Assembly (NCBI GenBank): GCA_951406725.2
Contig: OX597838.1
Location: 30,628,001-30,692,000 of the forward strand
Length of the DNA: 64,000 bases
Reading direction: 5' to 3'
Source: Octopus vulgaris
Lineage: Eukaryota
Part shown: one piece after another, positions 48,754 to 61,771 of the stretch
Layout: every line of letters starts with the position of its first letter
Numbering within the stretch: the first letter of the stretch is position 1
Program-made: the position numbers and the translations under genes
The notes under the pieces: model-generated
What the model was told of the DNA's origin: nothing
Seen by the model: the letters and a program-made list of their open reading frames with translations, nothing else
Databases searched by the model: none

Positions 48754-49229
48754 AGCTTTCTTTTTTTTTCTCCTGAGGTTTATGATTTTATTGGGTTAGG
48801 CATAGATGTCACACAAAGCAAGTGAAACACTGTCAACAAAAACAGCAGCAGCAGCATCTACACAAGCAACAAATTAAACAGAAAAGTGCGCCAGGCAAAA
48901 TGCTTCGCGACATTTCGTACGTTCAGAGTTCAAATCCCACCGATGTTGACTTTGCCTTTCATCTGTTCGAGGTCGATAAAATAAGTACCGTTTGAGCAGT
49001 GGGGTCGATGTGATCGACTGACAGCCCTCACTGAAATTCATGGCCTTTGGCCAGTAATTTGAAACCAATATTAACTTTCTCTGCCAATATATTTTAAAGT
49101 GACAGACTAAATACCATGTTGTTTTAATTACGTCCATTGACTGGGATCATTGTCAATCCAGACATGCCCTACCGCAGTGAAAACAACAACACAACGTTCT
49201 GAAAACGGCAACAGTAATTGCAATACAAA

Positions 49230-49641
49230 CAGAGCTGGCAGAAACGTTAGCACGCCGGGCGAAATGCTTAGCGGTATTTCGTCTGCCGTTACGTAGTGAG
49301 TTCAAATTCCGCCGAGGTCGACTTTGCCTTTCATCTTTGCGGGATCGATAAATTAAGTACCAGTTACGCACTGGGGTCGATGTAATCGACTTGATCTGTT
49401 TGTCTGTCCTCGTTTATCCACTCTGTGTTTAGCCCCTTGTGGGTAATAAAGAAATAGGTCTTTCGTCTGCTGTTGCGTTGTGAGTTCAAATTCCGCCAGG
49501 TCGACTTTGCCTTTCATCCTTTCGGGGTCGATAAATTAAGTACCAGTTACGAACTGGGATCGATGTAATCGACTTAATACCTATGTATGTCCTTGTTTGT
49601 TTTCTCTGTGTTTAGTCCCTTGTGGGTAGTAAAGAAATAGG
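49230..49641 (+). mobile_element. Tandem tRNA-derived SINE dimer (Nin/Deu-like core, LINE-like tail)
   Basis: GAGTTCAAATTCCGCCGAGGTCGACTTTGCCTTTCATC core twice; tails TGTGTTTAGCCCCTTGTGGGTAATAAAG. Confidence 0.8.
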
Positions 49642-49682
49642 TAATATCTACAAGTAAAAAAAAACAAAAAAAAAACAGAATT

Positions 49683-49736
49683 AGGCTCCAACGAGATTTG
49701 AACTGACAACAATCGGAACCACTACACATGGGAACG
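49683..49736 (-). pseudogene. Degenerate tRNA remnant lacking the anticodon arm
   Basis: A-box and B-box remnants; mirrored at 58209-58262. Confidence 0.55.
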
Positions 49737-49819
49737 ACTGGTTTACACTAATAAAAATATCTTTACAATTGATTTTTCTGCAATGAGAAATTTCGCATTT
49801 CAGGTTAAATCAAAGGATT

Positions 49820-49850
<31 letters not shown>

Positions 49851-50050
49851 ACAACAACAACAATGCTAGAGATAAATATTGAAAAGAGTTCAACATTTAT
49901 TGAAAAGATCAGTCGTTACGAAGAGAACGTGGAATTATTTTTCATATTCCTGAAGGAATGAACGGTAAAGGGAAAGCCAGCAGGATTCGAAATTGGGCGA
50001 TACAGATGGGGTGGGGGAATGAAAAAAAGAGATAAGATAATGACACGAAC

Positions 50051-50123
50051 AGGTTCCAGCGAGTTTCGAACTCGCGACCTTCTGCGTGTGAAGCAGACGT
50101 GATAACCTCTACACCATGGAACC
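50051..50123 (-). tRNA. tRNA-Val(CAC)
   Basis: G26/C50 subtype, T16A. Confidence 0.88.
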
Positions 50124-50283
50124 ACCTGTCAGCGGATTGGCTATTTTGCTTATCTTATATGAGATATAAAACACAGTTCGATGTTGATTTGTCTTTAAAA
50201 GGATCAAAAACGGTAGATTAAGAAAAGGTATTTGGTTATATCTATTTCTATCCATTTCTATCTGTTTCTATCTATTATATCTA

Positions 50284-50676
50284 CTAGCAGTATCGCCCAG
50301 CGTTGCTCGGGTCTGTTTCGACCCTTTAGAATTGGAATTTTTGAAAAGTAAAAATTTAGCATTATGTAGCTTGTTATTCTCTTTAAGTGAACATTTTTCT
50401 AGTTGAAATACACCGAAAAATGGCGACACAGCAGTCAAAAAAATTGTAAAAAATAGGGATTTTCATAGAAAAAAAGCACCTTTTTGATGTAAATAATTTT
50501 TGGTGTTAACATGGTCCGATTTGAATTTTATCTCCTACGGAATGAAGAGCAAGCCTTCTTCTATCAAACTCTCAATTTTGGTCAACTTGTGCCGCAGGGT
50601 CTCGGAGGAGATAGTGTTAGTTGAAGGCTACCAAACCTGCCACACACAGACAAGTTTAGCTTTATATATAGAGAGA
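50284..50676 (-). mobile_element. Non-autonomous Helitron (393 bp)
   Basis: 5' TC, 3' CTAG, subterminal hairpin, A|T target, no TSD. Confidence 0.8.
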
Positions 50677-51252
50677 TTATATCTATTATATATATTATAT
50701 ATATTATATTATGTCTATTATATCTATTTCTATCCATTTCGATCTATTTCTATGTTTCGAATCCTGTTGGCGTCCACTTTCCATTTTATACCTTCCGGGA
50801 TATAAAATATAATGGCCTGTTCTATCGGTAATTATTGATCTTTAATATCTGTCTCTAACATTGACACGGACAGATATTTCTAAAGAGAATCCAATGGATA
50901 AACACTGACCACAGTATATTACTGGTATATATTTTAACGTCATGGAATCGCTTGGCTTGGTGGTCAGTGTGTTGCATTAATGATCGCAGGATTGTGGTGG
51001 TGATGGTGGTGGCAGTGCAATTACTTCAATACCAGGTTTCCACCCACTGTATTTATTTCGTCGACCCCGAAAAGATGCATGGCATTGTTGACGTCCGCGA
51101 AATTTGAACTCAGAAAACAAAGCACCAGAAGCAACGTCATTTAACATTTTCTTCGACACACTAACAATTCTACCAGCAAACACCGCTGTGCAATTCAATG
51201 TAATAAAACTAACAACAACAACAAAAACAAGCAAATGAAAAAAAATGAAGCG

Positions 51253-51325
51253 AGGCTCCAGTGAGTTTCGAACTCACGACCTTCTGCGTGTAAAGCAGAC
51301 GTGATAACCACTACACCATGGAACC
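51253..51325 (-). tRNA. tRNA-Val(TAC)
   Basis: Full length; A70G. Confidence 0.85.
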
Positions 51326-51736
51326 ATTCGCTGCTAAAGCATTCAATATTTTTTCTGGTCATACGTAAGTGAAATCGGTCTGGAGTTTTCATAATGAAGT
51401 GACGTTAAAATATATACCTGTAATATACGGTGGCTTGAGTTTCTCCATTGAACACTAGTGTCGGTGTCAACGTTAGAGATAGATACTGCGATGAGATCAA
51501 TATCTATTGAGAAGACTAATAATTACCAATAGAACTAGTCATTATTTTATGAACCTCTGAAACAATAGACGTTTGAGGGTATCTAGTAGGATTCGAAACC
51601 CTGGCGAGAAAGAAACATTTCTTGTTTACGTATCGATTCTGATACACCTTTGTAGTTTGGCAGTAACTCAACGTTAATCTCGGTATTAGAAACAACTTTT
51701 GTATGATAAAGCAATATTTTAGGCGGTGTGTTGTCT

Positions 51737-51809
51737 GGTTCCATGGTGTAGTGGTTATCACATCTGCTTAACACGCAGAAGGTCGTGAGTTCGAAACTCG
51801 CTGGAACCT
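51737..51809 (+). tRNA. tRNA-Val(AAC)
   Basis: Consensus body. Confidence 0.93.
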
Positions 51810-52256
51810 AAGTCTCTTTTTTTTTTGCTTTGTTTATTTGTTTTGGATGCAACCATCTTCTTTCTTATTGTTGTTGTTGTTGTTTTTAGTTTTATTACAC
51901 AGGACTGTAAAGCGAATTGTTACTGTGTCGAAGAAACTGCTAAGTGGCGTTAATCTTGGCTCTTTGCGATCTGAGGTCAAATTTCAAAGACGTCAATTTT
52001 GCCATGCATCCCTTCGGGGTCGATGAAATATATACATGTCATTATTAAGATCAATAATTACCAGTAGAACAGATCATTATTGTACTGACCCCTGAGGATA
52101 TAGAATGGAAAGTGAACTGGAGCAAGATTCGAAATGCTAAGATCTTGTTAAGGTACCATTTTTGATACTCCAGTGTTTTGAAAGCTAACTCTACATTAAA
52201 CTCTGCTCAAAATACTTGTGTATGACAAAACAATATCTGATAGAGCGACAGCATCT

Positions 52257-52329
52257 GGTTCCATGGTGTAGTGGTTATCACATCTGCTTAACACGCAGAA
52301 GGTCGTGAGTTCGAAACTCGCTGGAACCT
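52257..52329 (+). tRNA. tRNA-Val(AAC)
   Basis: Consensus body. Confidence 0.93.
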
Positions 52330-52407
52330 ATCTGTTTTATATTTTATTTGTATTTAGTGCCACTACCCTCATTAATGTTGATGAGGCAAGGGTTGCTTTT
52401 CTCACCG

Positions 52408-52744
52408 ACTTGAACTTGGCATACCAATCACGAGCGGTTCTTTCAGCTATGGCACCCTCTCCATACACAGCACAAATGTCGCGAGCAGCATTTGCGGCCT
52501 TAGAACCTTGACTAATAGCAAAAAGAAGGTGCTGTCGAAAATGCTCGTTTTTCTTAACTTGACATTCCAGTTTAATGATCTGGAAATAAACAAAAATTAA
52601 CTAAAATTAACTAGAAAAAAAAAAAGATTCCAAAATGATTCAAAAATAGAATTCTCGAAAAAAAATGAATTCTAAAATTTAAAAACGCAATAAATTCCAA
52701 AATTAAAGGAAAAACACGTCGGGAAATAAGTTGTTAACCCAATA
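52408..52744 (-). mobile_element. Tc1/mariner transposon 5' fragment
   Basis: Homologous to 15395-15730. Confidence 0.78.
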
Positions 52745-53124
52745 TATGACTCATTTGAAATAAGGGGCGAAATATCAGTAACTTATTCGTGTATTTCACT
52801 GGAACCTAACACATTTAAAGTCATAAATTGCAATAGTAAAGCTGGACATATGTCAAATAAGAAGGAAGTATTCAAATGGCGTGAGATAAATGATTTTCCC
52901 AAGATGACATTCAGTGAAGTCGAAAATGGGATCTCATGATTGCGAAGCCAACGATATAACTTATAGACTGGCTGAGCGTACAACAAGGGGTGTAAAGATC
53001 TAGACCCATCACAGCAATAACTGAAACAAAAGTTCGTGTACTACAAGAACAACATCAGAATTTCCAGTATCATGGGGTTGAATGCGGTAGAACCTTGTAC
53101 AAAGCAAAGAAAAAAAATTTAATT

Positions 53125-53197
53125 AGGTTCCAGTGAGTTTCGAACTCACGACCTTCTGCGTGTTAAGCAGATGTGACAACCACTACACCATGGAACC
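53125..53197 (-). tRNA. tRNA-Val(AAC)
   Basis: Full length; one D-loop change. Confidence 0.85.
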
Positions 53198-53206
53198 AAG
53201 CGGTAA

Positions 53207-53217
53207 TATTATCATCA

Positions 53218-53248
<31 letters not shown>

Positions 53249-53437
53249 TATTGTTATTGTTATTATTATTATTATTATTATTTAATTATTGTTATTGTTA
53301 TTATTATTATTATTATTTAATTATTATTATTATTATTATTATTATTATTTTATTATTATCACCATCATCATCATCATCATTATTATTTTTATTATTATTA
53401 TTATTATTAATAGTAGTAGTAGTAGTAGTAGTAGTAG
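53207..53437. repeat. (ATC/GTC/ATT/AGT)n compound microsatellite
   Basis: Direct reading; starts at the inner end of the left palindrome arm. Confidence 0.9.
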
Positions 53438-54064
53438 ATTATTTTGCTTTAAGTCCAAGCGCTGCTGTTGTTCTCGATGACGACGCCTTATTGTTGTTTC
53501 GTTGCTGGTGATGCTGGTACGGTTCCTGTTTCATCCTTTACTTTGGTGTCTCTCAGAAACTCAGAACTCTTCATACCTCACGGTATTTGGAAGAGAACTC
53601 CTTGTATTATATACTTGTCTGATATTAGCATTTATCTCTTCAAAACGCCTGGAAGACGAGTACCAGTGATTTCCTGGTGTCCACACAACAATTTATATGA
53701 ATAATTCACTGATATTTCTCTCTACATGTCTCTAAAACAACATTTAAAGCACTTTATAAGACACAACTTATCCTTTCGGGGTCAATAAAATAATCACCTG
53801 CAAATCACTGGGATCGATGTCATCGATTTATCGCCTTCCCGAAATTGCTGAATTTGTGCAAAAATATGAAACTAATGTTGAGTGTCTCGAACGAGAAATT
53901 TTAAAGTGGAAAACTTTAATTCATGGCTGCGTTTAATTATATTCAGTGGTGGCGGGCAGGTGTTGGAGCGCCACAACAACTGGAACAAAACAGCCGCACC
54001 TTGCAGTACCAACAATAATGCGAGAGGTGAGTTAATGTACGAGCAAAATATATAAACAAAAGTC

Positions 54065-54137
54065 AGGTTCCAGCGAGTTTCGAACTCACGACCTTCTGCG
54101 TGTTAAGCAGATGTGATAACCACTACACCATGGAACC
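54065..54137 (-). tRNA. tRNA-Val(AAC)
   Basis: Consensus body. Confidence 0.93.
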
Positions 54138-54691
54138 GGATGCATGACCGTTCTCAAATATTGTTTTATCGTACACAAGTTGTATCTTATACACAATTTA
54201 ATGTTGGAGCATCTTTCAATGCACAGTGGTGTATCATGAACGGTGAATTAACAAAAATTGTATAGGGTTTCGAATCCTAGTTGTGTTCACTTTCCATTTT
54301 ATGCATTGATAGTTTATGCAATAATAACCTGATCTATTGAGAATTATTGATCTTTGCAATAAATATTGATGAAATAAATATTGATCTTCTCTCAATATCT
54401 TCTCTCTAGCATTGACTCACAGACAGATATTTCTAAAGAGAGCCCAGTGGATGTACTCTATGTACATTTGACCAAAAGAAGTGACCAATATTTTATAATC
54501 TCCTGAATACATGGAAGGTGCAGTGAACCCCAACAGGATTCGAAACCCTCACTATAAATAAATATAACTAAATACTTCTTAAATTACCATTTCTTATATT
54601 CCACTGTCTTTTTATAGGTAAATCAACTGTAAACTGTGAATAAGTTACTATTTGCATTTGATAAAGAAACATTTGGGGCACTCTACCGCCT

Positions 54692-54764
54692 GGTTCCATG
54701 GTGTAGTGGTTATCACATCTGCTTAACACGCAGAAGGTCGTGAGTTCGAAACTCACTAGAACCT
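54692..54764 (+). tRNA. tRNA-Val(AAC)
   Basis: Full length; one acceptor mismatch. Confidence 0.82.
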
Positions 54765-55225
54765 AATTAAATTTTTTTTTCTTTGCTTGTACAAGGTTCT
54801 ACCGCATTCAACCCCATGATACTGGAAATTCTGATGTTGTTCTTGTAGTACACGACCTTTTGTCTCAGTTATTGCTGTGATGGGTCTAGATCTTTACACC
54901 CCTTATTGTATGCTCAGCCAATCTATAAGTTATATCGTTGGCTTCGCAATCATGAGATCACATTTTCGACTTCACTGAATGTCATCTTGGGAAAATGATT
55001 TACCTCACACCATTTGAATACTTCTCTCTAATTTCTTATTTGACATATGTCCAGCTTTACTATTGCAATTTATGACTTTATAAGTGTTAGGTTCCAGTGA
55101 TATACACGAATAAGTTACTGTCTGTGTCAAGGTTCATTATTTTATGAACCTCTGAAACAATAGACGTTTGAGGGAATCTAGTAAATGATTACTGATATTT
55201 CGCCCCATAATTCAAATAAGTCATA

Positions 55226-55535
55226 TATTGGGTTGGCAACTAATTTCCCACGGTTTTTTTTTTAATTTTGGAAATTATTTTTTTTCGAGAATCCTATTTT
55301 TGAATCATTTTGGACTCTTTTTTTTTTTTCTAGTTAATTATAGTTAAATTTTGTTTATTTCCAGATCATTAAAATGGAATGTCAAGTTAAGGAAAACGAG
55401 CATTTTCGACACCTCCTTCTTTTTGCTTTTAGTCAAGGTTCTAAGGCCGCAAAAGCAGCTCGCGACATTTGTGCTGTGTATTGAGAGGGTGCCATAGCTG
55501 AAAGAACCGCTCGTGATTGGTATGCCAAGTTCAAG
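55226..55535 (+). mobile_element. Tc1/mariner transposon 5' fragment
   Basis: TATTGGGTTGGCAACTAA terminus, ATGGAATGTCAAGTT start, in-frame stop. Confidence 0.8.
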
Positions 55536-55615
55536 TCGGTGAGAAAAAGCAACCCTTGCCTCACCAACATTAATGAGGGTGGTGGCACTAAATACAAATA
55601 AGATATAAAACAATT

Positions 55616-55688
55616 AGGTTCCAGCGAGTTTCGAACTCACGACCTTCTGCGTGTTAAGCAGATGTGATAACCACTACACCATGGAACC
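55616..55688 (-). tRNA. tRNA-Val(AAC)
   Basis: Consensus body. Confidence 0.93.
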
Positions 55689-56133
55689 AGATACTGTCGC
55701 TCTATCAGATATTGTTTTGTCATACACAAATATTTTGAGCAGAGTTTAATGTAGAGTTAGCTTTCAAAACACAGTGGAGTATTAAAAATAGTACCTTAAC
55801 AAGGAGATCTTAGCATTTCGAATCTTGCTGCAGTTCCCTTTCTATTCTGTATCCTCAGGGGTCAGTACAATAATGATCTGTTCTACTGGTAATTATTGAT
55901 CTTAATAATGACATGTATATATTTCATCGACCCCGAAGGGATGCATGGCAAAATTGACGTCTTTGAAATTTGACCTCAGATCGCAAAGAGCCAAGATTAA
56001 CGCCACTTAGCAGTTCCTTCGACACAGTAACAATTCGCTTTACAGTCCTATGTATTAAAACTAACAACAACAACAACCAGAAAGAAGATGGTTGCGTTCA
56101 AAACAAATAAACAAAGCCACCCCAAAAAATCTT

Positions 56134-56206
56134 AGGTTCCAGCGAGTTTCGAACTCACGACCTTCTGCGTGTTAAGCAGATGTGATAACCACTACACCAT
56201 GGAACC
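56134..56206 (-). tRNA. tRNA-Val(AAC)
   Basis: Consensus body. Confidence 0.93.
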
Positions 56207-56617
56207 AGACAACGGAACGCTTTAAAATATTGCTTTATCATACAAAAGTTGTTTCTAATACCGAGATTAATGTTAAGTTACCTCCAAACTACAAAGGTGC
56301 ATCAGAATCGATACATTAACAAGAAATGTTTCTTTCTCGCCAGGGTTTCGAATCCTACTAGATTTCCTCAAACATCTATTGTTTCAGAGGTTCATAAAAT
56401 AATGACTAGTTCTATTGGTAATTATTGGTCTTCTCAATAGATATTGATCTCATCGCAGTATCTATCTCTAACGTTGACACAGACACTAGTGTTCAATGGA
56501 GAAGCTCAAGCCACCGTATATTACTGGTATATATTTTAACGTCATTAGATTATGAAAATCCAGACCGATTTCACTTACGTATGACAAGAAAAAATATTGA
56601 ATGCATACGCAGCGAAT

Positions 56618-56690
56618 GGTTCCATGGTGTAGTGGTTATCACGTCTGCTTTACACGCAGAAGGTCGTGAGTTCGAAACTCACTGGAGCCT
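56618..56690 (+). tRNA. tRNA-Val(TAC)
   Basis: Mirror of 51253-51325. Confidence 0.85.
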
Positions 56691-57257
56691 AGCGTCATTT
56701 TTCTTCATTTGCTTGTTTTTGTTGTTGTTGTTAGTTTTATCACATTGAATTGCACAGCGGTGTTTGCTGGTAGAATTGTTAGTGTATCGAACAAAATGCT
56801 AAATGGCGTTGCTTCTGGCACTTTGTGTTCTGAGTTCAAATTTCGAGGACGTCAACAATGCCATGCATCTTTTCGGGGTCGACGAAATAAATACAGTGGG
56901 TGGAAACCTGGTATTGAAGTAATTGCCCTGCCACTACCACCGCCACCACAATCCTACGATCATTAATGCAGCACACTGACCACCAAGCCAAGCGATTCCA
57001 TGACGTTAAAATATATACCAGTAATATACTGTGGTCAGTGTTTATCCAATAGATTCTCTTCAGAAATATCTGTTCGTGTCAATGTTAGAGACAGATACTA
57101 AAGATCAATAATTACCGATAGAACAGGCCATTATTTTTTATATTCCGGAAGGTATAAAATGCAAAGTGAACGCCAACAGGATTTGAAACATAGAAATAGA
57201 TAGAAATGGATAGAAATAGATATAATAGACATAATATAATATATATGATATATATAA

Positions 57258-57650
57258 TCTCTCCATATATAAAGCTGAAGTTGTCTGTGTGTGGCAGGTT
57301 TGGTAGCCTTCAACTAACACTATCTCCTCCGAGACCCTGCGGCACAAGTTGACCAAAATTGAGAGTTTGATAGAAGAAGGCTTGCTCTTCATTCCGTAGA
57401 AGATAAAATTCAAATCGGACCATGTTAACACCAAAAATTATTTACATCAAAAAGGTGCTTTTTTTCTATGAAAATCCCTATTTTTTACAATATTTTGACT
57501 GCTGTGTTGGCCATTTTTCGGTGTATTTCGACCAGAAAAATGTTCACTTAAAGAGAATAACAAGCTACATAATGCAAAATTTTTACTTTTCAAAAATTCC
57601 AATTCTAAATGGTCGAAACAGACCCGAGCAACGCCGGGCGATACTGCTAG
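57258..57650 (+). mobile_element. Non-autonomous Helitron (393 bp)
   Basis: A|TCTCTCC...CCCGAGCAACGCCGGG(hairpin)CGATACTGCTAG|T. Confidence 0.82.
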
Positions 57651-57810
57651 TAGATATAATAGATAGAAACAGATAGAAATGGATAGAAATAGATATAACC
57701 AAATACTTTTTCTTAATCTACCGTTTCTGATCCTTTTAAAGACAAATCAACCATGAACTGTGTTTTACATCTCATATAAGATAAGCAAAATAGTTAATCC
57801 GCTGACAGGT

Positions 57811-57883
57811 GGTTCCATAGTGTAGAGGTTATCACGTCTGCTTCACACGCAGAAGGTCGCGAGTTCGAAACTCGCTGGAACCT
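57811..57883 (+). tRNA. tRNA-Val(CAC)
   Basis: Mirror of 50051-50123. Confidence 0.86.
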
Positions 57884-58208
57884 GTTCGTGTCGTTATCGT
57901 AATTTTTTTTTCATTCCCCCACCCCAACTGTATCGTCCGATTTCGAATCCTGCTGGCTTTCCCTTTACCGTTCATTCCTTCAGGAATATGAAAAATAATT
58001 CCACGTTCTCTTCGTAACGACTGATCTTTTCAATAAATCTTGAACTCTTTTCAATAAATCTTGAACTCTTTTCAATATTTATCTCTAGCATTGTTGTTGT
58101 TGCTGCTGTAGCTGCTGCTGCTGCTAATCCTCTGATTTAACCTGAAATGTAAAATTTCTCATTGCAGAAAAATCAGTTGTAAAGATATTTTTATAAGTGT
58201 GAACCAGT

Positions 58209-58262
58209 CGTTCCCATGTGTAGTGGTTCCGATTGTTGTCAGTTCAAATCTCGTTGGAGCCT
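58209..58262 (+). pseudogene. Degenerate tRNA remnant lacking the anticodon arm
   Basis: Mirror of 49683-49736. Confidence 0.55.
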
Positions 58263-58301
58263 AATTCTGTTTTTTATTTCTGTTTTTACTTGTAGATATT
58301 A

Positions 58302-58714
58302 CCTATTTCTTTACTACCCACAAGGGGCTAAACACAGAGTAGACAAACAAGGACATACATAGGTATTAAGTCGATTACATCGACCCCAGTGCGTAACTTG
58401 TACTTAATTTATCGACACCCGCAAGGATGAAAGGCAAAGTCGACATCGGCGGAATTAGAACTCACAACGTAACGGCAGACGAAATACCTATTTCTTTATT
58501 ACCCACAAGGGGCTAAACACAGAGGGGACAAACAAGGACAGACATAGGTATTAAGTCGATTACATCGACCCCAGTGCGTAACTTGTACTTAATTTATCGA
58601 CCCCCGAAAGGATGAAAGGCAAAGTTGACCTCGGTGGAATTTGAACTCAGAACGTAACAGCAGACGAAATACCGCTAAACATTTCGCCCGGCGTGCTAAC
58701 GTTTTTGCCAGCTC
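58302..58714 (-). mobile_element. Tandem tRNA-derived SINE dimer
   Basis: Mirror of 49230-49641. Confidence 0.8.
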
Positions 58715-59191
58715 TGTTTGTATTGCAATTACTGTTGCTACTTTCAGAACGTTGTGTTGTTGTTTTCACTGCGGTAGGGCGTGTCTGGATTGGCAATGAT
58801 CCCAGTCAATGGACGTAATTAAAACAACATGGTATTTAGTCTGTCACATTAAAATATATTGGCAGAGAAAGTTAATATTGGTTTCAAATTCTGGCCAAAG
58901 GCCATGAATTTCAGTGAGGGCTGTCAGTCGATCACATCGACCCCACTGCTCAAACGGTACTTATTTTATCGACCTCGAACAGATGAAAGGCAAAGTCAAC
59001 ATCGGTGGGATTTGAACTCTGAACGTACGAAATGTCGCGAAGCATTTTGCCTGGCGCGTTTTTCAGTTTGATTTGTTGCTTGTGTAGATGCTGCTGCTGC
59101 TGTTTTTGTTGACGATGTTTGACTTGCTTTGTGTGACATCTATGCCTAACCCAATAAAATCATTAACCTCAGGAGAAAAAAAAAGAAAGCT

Positions 59192-59264
59192 AGGTCCCAG
59201 TGAGTTTCGAACTCACGACCTTCTGCGTGTAAAGCAGATGTGATAACCACTACACCATGGAACC
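59192..59264 (-). tRNA. tRNA-Val(TAC)
   Basis: Mirror of 48681-48753. Confidence 0.88.
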
Positions 59265-59778
59265 TCTTACTGTTCCTAAGAAAGTATTTTTTCTTTATCA
59301 TGTATAAATTTTATGACCCAGGTCTACAGAGAGAGCTCTAACGGGAGAGCTGACTATATAAGAATGGACTGTTCTATCATACAATGAAGGGTGGAAAGCC
59401 CCAAACATATCAACAACTGGCACCGGGGTGATCAACTGTAGATCTTGTTGCCCTTCTTCTAATGGTGTTAAAATATATACCAAGAGTTTATTCACTGAAC
59501 TCTTTGAAATATCTGTCTGTGAGTCAATGTTAGAGACAAATTGTGAGAGAAGATCAATATTTACCAATAGAACTCGTCCCTATTTTATAGACACCCGAAA
59601 TAATGGAAGTTACAGGTAACTCCAGCAGTATTCGAAACCCTGCATAAACATATTTCTGACCTAACATTGTATTTTGAAATGTAACGAAGCATTAAATTCT
59701 GTATAAGATGAAACTTGACGATGATGAAATATTATTTGAGATCGCTCAAGCATCTGGTTCCGTGGCTAGAGTTTATCC

Positions 59779-60170
59779 TCTTTTACTCTCTTTTACTCTT
59801 TTACTCTCTTTTACTCTTTTACTTGTTTCAGCAACTCGACCCTGGGACTTATTCTTTTGTAAGCCCAGTACCTATTCTATCGGTCTCTTTTGCCGAACCG
59901 CTAAGTAACGGCGACATAAACACACCAGCATCGGTTGTCAAGCAATGCTAGGGGGACAAACACAGACACACAAAACACACACACGCATATATATATATAC
60001 ATATATACGACGGGCTTCTTTCAGTTTCCGTCTACCAAATCCACTCACAAGGCATTGGTCGGCCCGAGGCTATAGTAGAAGACACTTGCCCAAAGTGCCA
60101 CACAGTGGGACTGAACCCGGAACTATGTGGTTTGTAAACAAGCTACTTACCACACAGCCACTCCTGCGCC
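59779..60170 (-). mobile_element. tRNA-derived SINE, right-arm-specific insertion
   Basis: Flanked by TATCC duplication (59774-59778, 60171-60175); (TTTTACTCTC)n tail; empty site in left arm near 48115. Confidence 0.88.
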
Positions 60171-60482
60171 TATCCACGGGATTCTCTTTAGGAATATCTG
60201 TCTGTGTCAATGATTGAGATAAATATATATAAAAAAAGAAAGATTAATATTTATTGGGAAGATCAGTAATAACCAATAGAACTGGGCATTATTTTTTATA
60301 TCCCTAAACGTAAAGCGAACTCCAGCAGGATTCGAAACCCCGATTATAAATAAATATAACTAAATACTTCTTGTTAATCTACCATTTATGATACATTACC
60401 GTCTTTTTAAAGATAATCAACAACGAACTGTTTTACAAACAGCTCCTATATAATAAGCAAAATATTCATGTGGCTGTCAGAT

Positions 60483-60555
60483 GGTTCCATGGTGTAGTGG
60501 TTATCACGTCTGCTTCACACGCAGAAGGTCGCGAGTTCGAAACTCGCTGGAACCT
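60483..60555 (+). tRNA. tRNA-Val(CAC)
   Basis: Mirror of 47736-47808. Confidence 0.92.
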
Positions 60556-60765
60556 GTTCACGTTTGACGCTTTTTTTTTTTTTTGTTTTTTTCCAACAGT
60601 ATCGTCTAAGTTGTCGATGTTGTTATTACTGTTATTTCTTTTGCTGCTACTGAGGCTACCGCTGCTCTTATTTTATGAATTAGTCTGACAATATAAAACT
60701 TCTCGCAGCAGAAAATAAATTGTAAAAATATTTTCACGTGTGTACGAGTGGTTCGACGTTGTATT

Positions 60766-60804
60766 GGTTCCATGGTGTCTGGAGTTCAAAACTCGCCGGA
60801 ACCT
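60766..60804 (+). pseudogene. Internally deleted tRNA-Val (acceptor plus T arm only)
   Basis: Mirror of 47488-47526. Confidence 0.7.
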
Positions 60805-60907
60805 AATTCTAATTTTTTTATGTGCTTCTTCGCCACCACCATAACTGTTGGTGTTGCAAATACTGTTATTGTTGTTTTCAAAACAATTTGTTGTTGTTTT
60901 TGTTGCA

Positions 60908-61308
60908 GGCGTAGGAGTGGCTGTGTGGTAAGTAGCTTGCTTACCAACCACATGGTTCCGACTTCAGTCCCACTGCGTGACACCTTGGGCAAATGTCTTC
61001 TACTATAGCCTCAGGCCGACCAAAGCCTTTTCAGTGGATTTGGTAGACGGAAACTAAAAGAATCCCATCGTATATATGTATATGTGTGTATATGTTTGTA
61101 TGTCTGTGTTTGTCCCCCCCCCCCAACATCGCTTGACAACCGGTGCTGGTGTGTTTATGTCCCCGTAACTTAGCGGTTCGGCAAAAGAGACCGATAGAAT
61201 AAGTACTAGACTTACAAAGAATAAGTCCCGGGGTCGATTTGCTCGACTAAAGGCGGTACTCCAGTATGGCCGCAGTCAAATGACTGAAACAAGTAAAAGA
61301 ATAAAAGA
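60908..61308 (+). mobile_element. tRNA-derived SINE (octopus-like family, about 400 bp)
   Basis: Head GGCGTAGGAGTGGCTGTGTGG (A box), B-box-like TTCAGTCCC, internal TA/TG microsatellite, A-rich tail. Confidence 0.8.
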
Positions 61309-61441
61309 AGGTGAGTGGATTAGAATGGCAAAAGTAAGAACCGATGAACACCGTTAAACGCAACAATGTATTCAGTATTTCAATTTAAAATTTCTTGTTA
61401 GAGATGGTTAAGATTGAAAATGTATAGACGCCTGGTGAATC

Positions 61442-61515
61442 GGATTTCTGTTGTGTAATGGTTGCCATATCTGCTTCATACTAAAAAGATCGCGAGTTCG
61501 AAATACGCTGGTTCC
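61442..61515 (+). pseudogene. Degenerate tRNA-Val derivative with CAT loop
   Basis: Mirror of 46779-46851. Confidence 0.6.
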
Positions 61516-61697
61516 ATTTTCACTATTTTGATTCTGAGTTTTTTTTGTTGTTTGTGTAAAGGCAGACGTTGTTTTTGTCAATGATATTTTACTTGATTTT
61601 GTTGTTCTAAATACAATTGCTGCTGTAAATATAATATAAGCTAAATATGCCAAAACTTAGACCTATAAATTATTATCAGGAGTAGAAAAATGAAGCT

Positions 61698-61771
61698 AGA
61701 CTCTGGCGAGTTTCGAACTTCCGCCATATCGGTGTGTAAAGCCGAATTGATAACCACTACACAATGGAACC
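61698..61771 (-). pseudogene. Divergent tRNA-Val(TAC)-like gene
   Basis: Mirror of 46521-46594. Confidence 0.62.

Larger units (their letters stand above)
45524..53206 (+). repeat. Left arm of a large inverted repeat (palindrome)
   Basis: tRNAs, SINE, Helitron and mariner fragments recur in reverse order and strand at 54683-62842. Confidence 0.9.

Noticed and set aside
61442-61515. Functional tRNA-Met(CAT)
   Set aside because: Anticodon and acceptor stems do not pair; it is a decayed Val-body copy.
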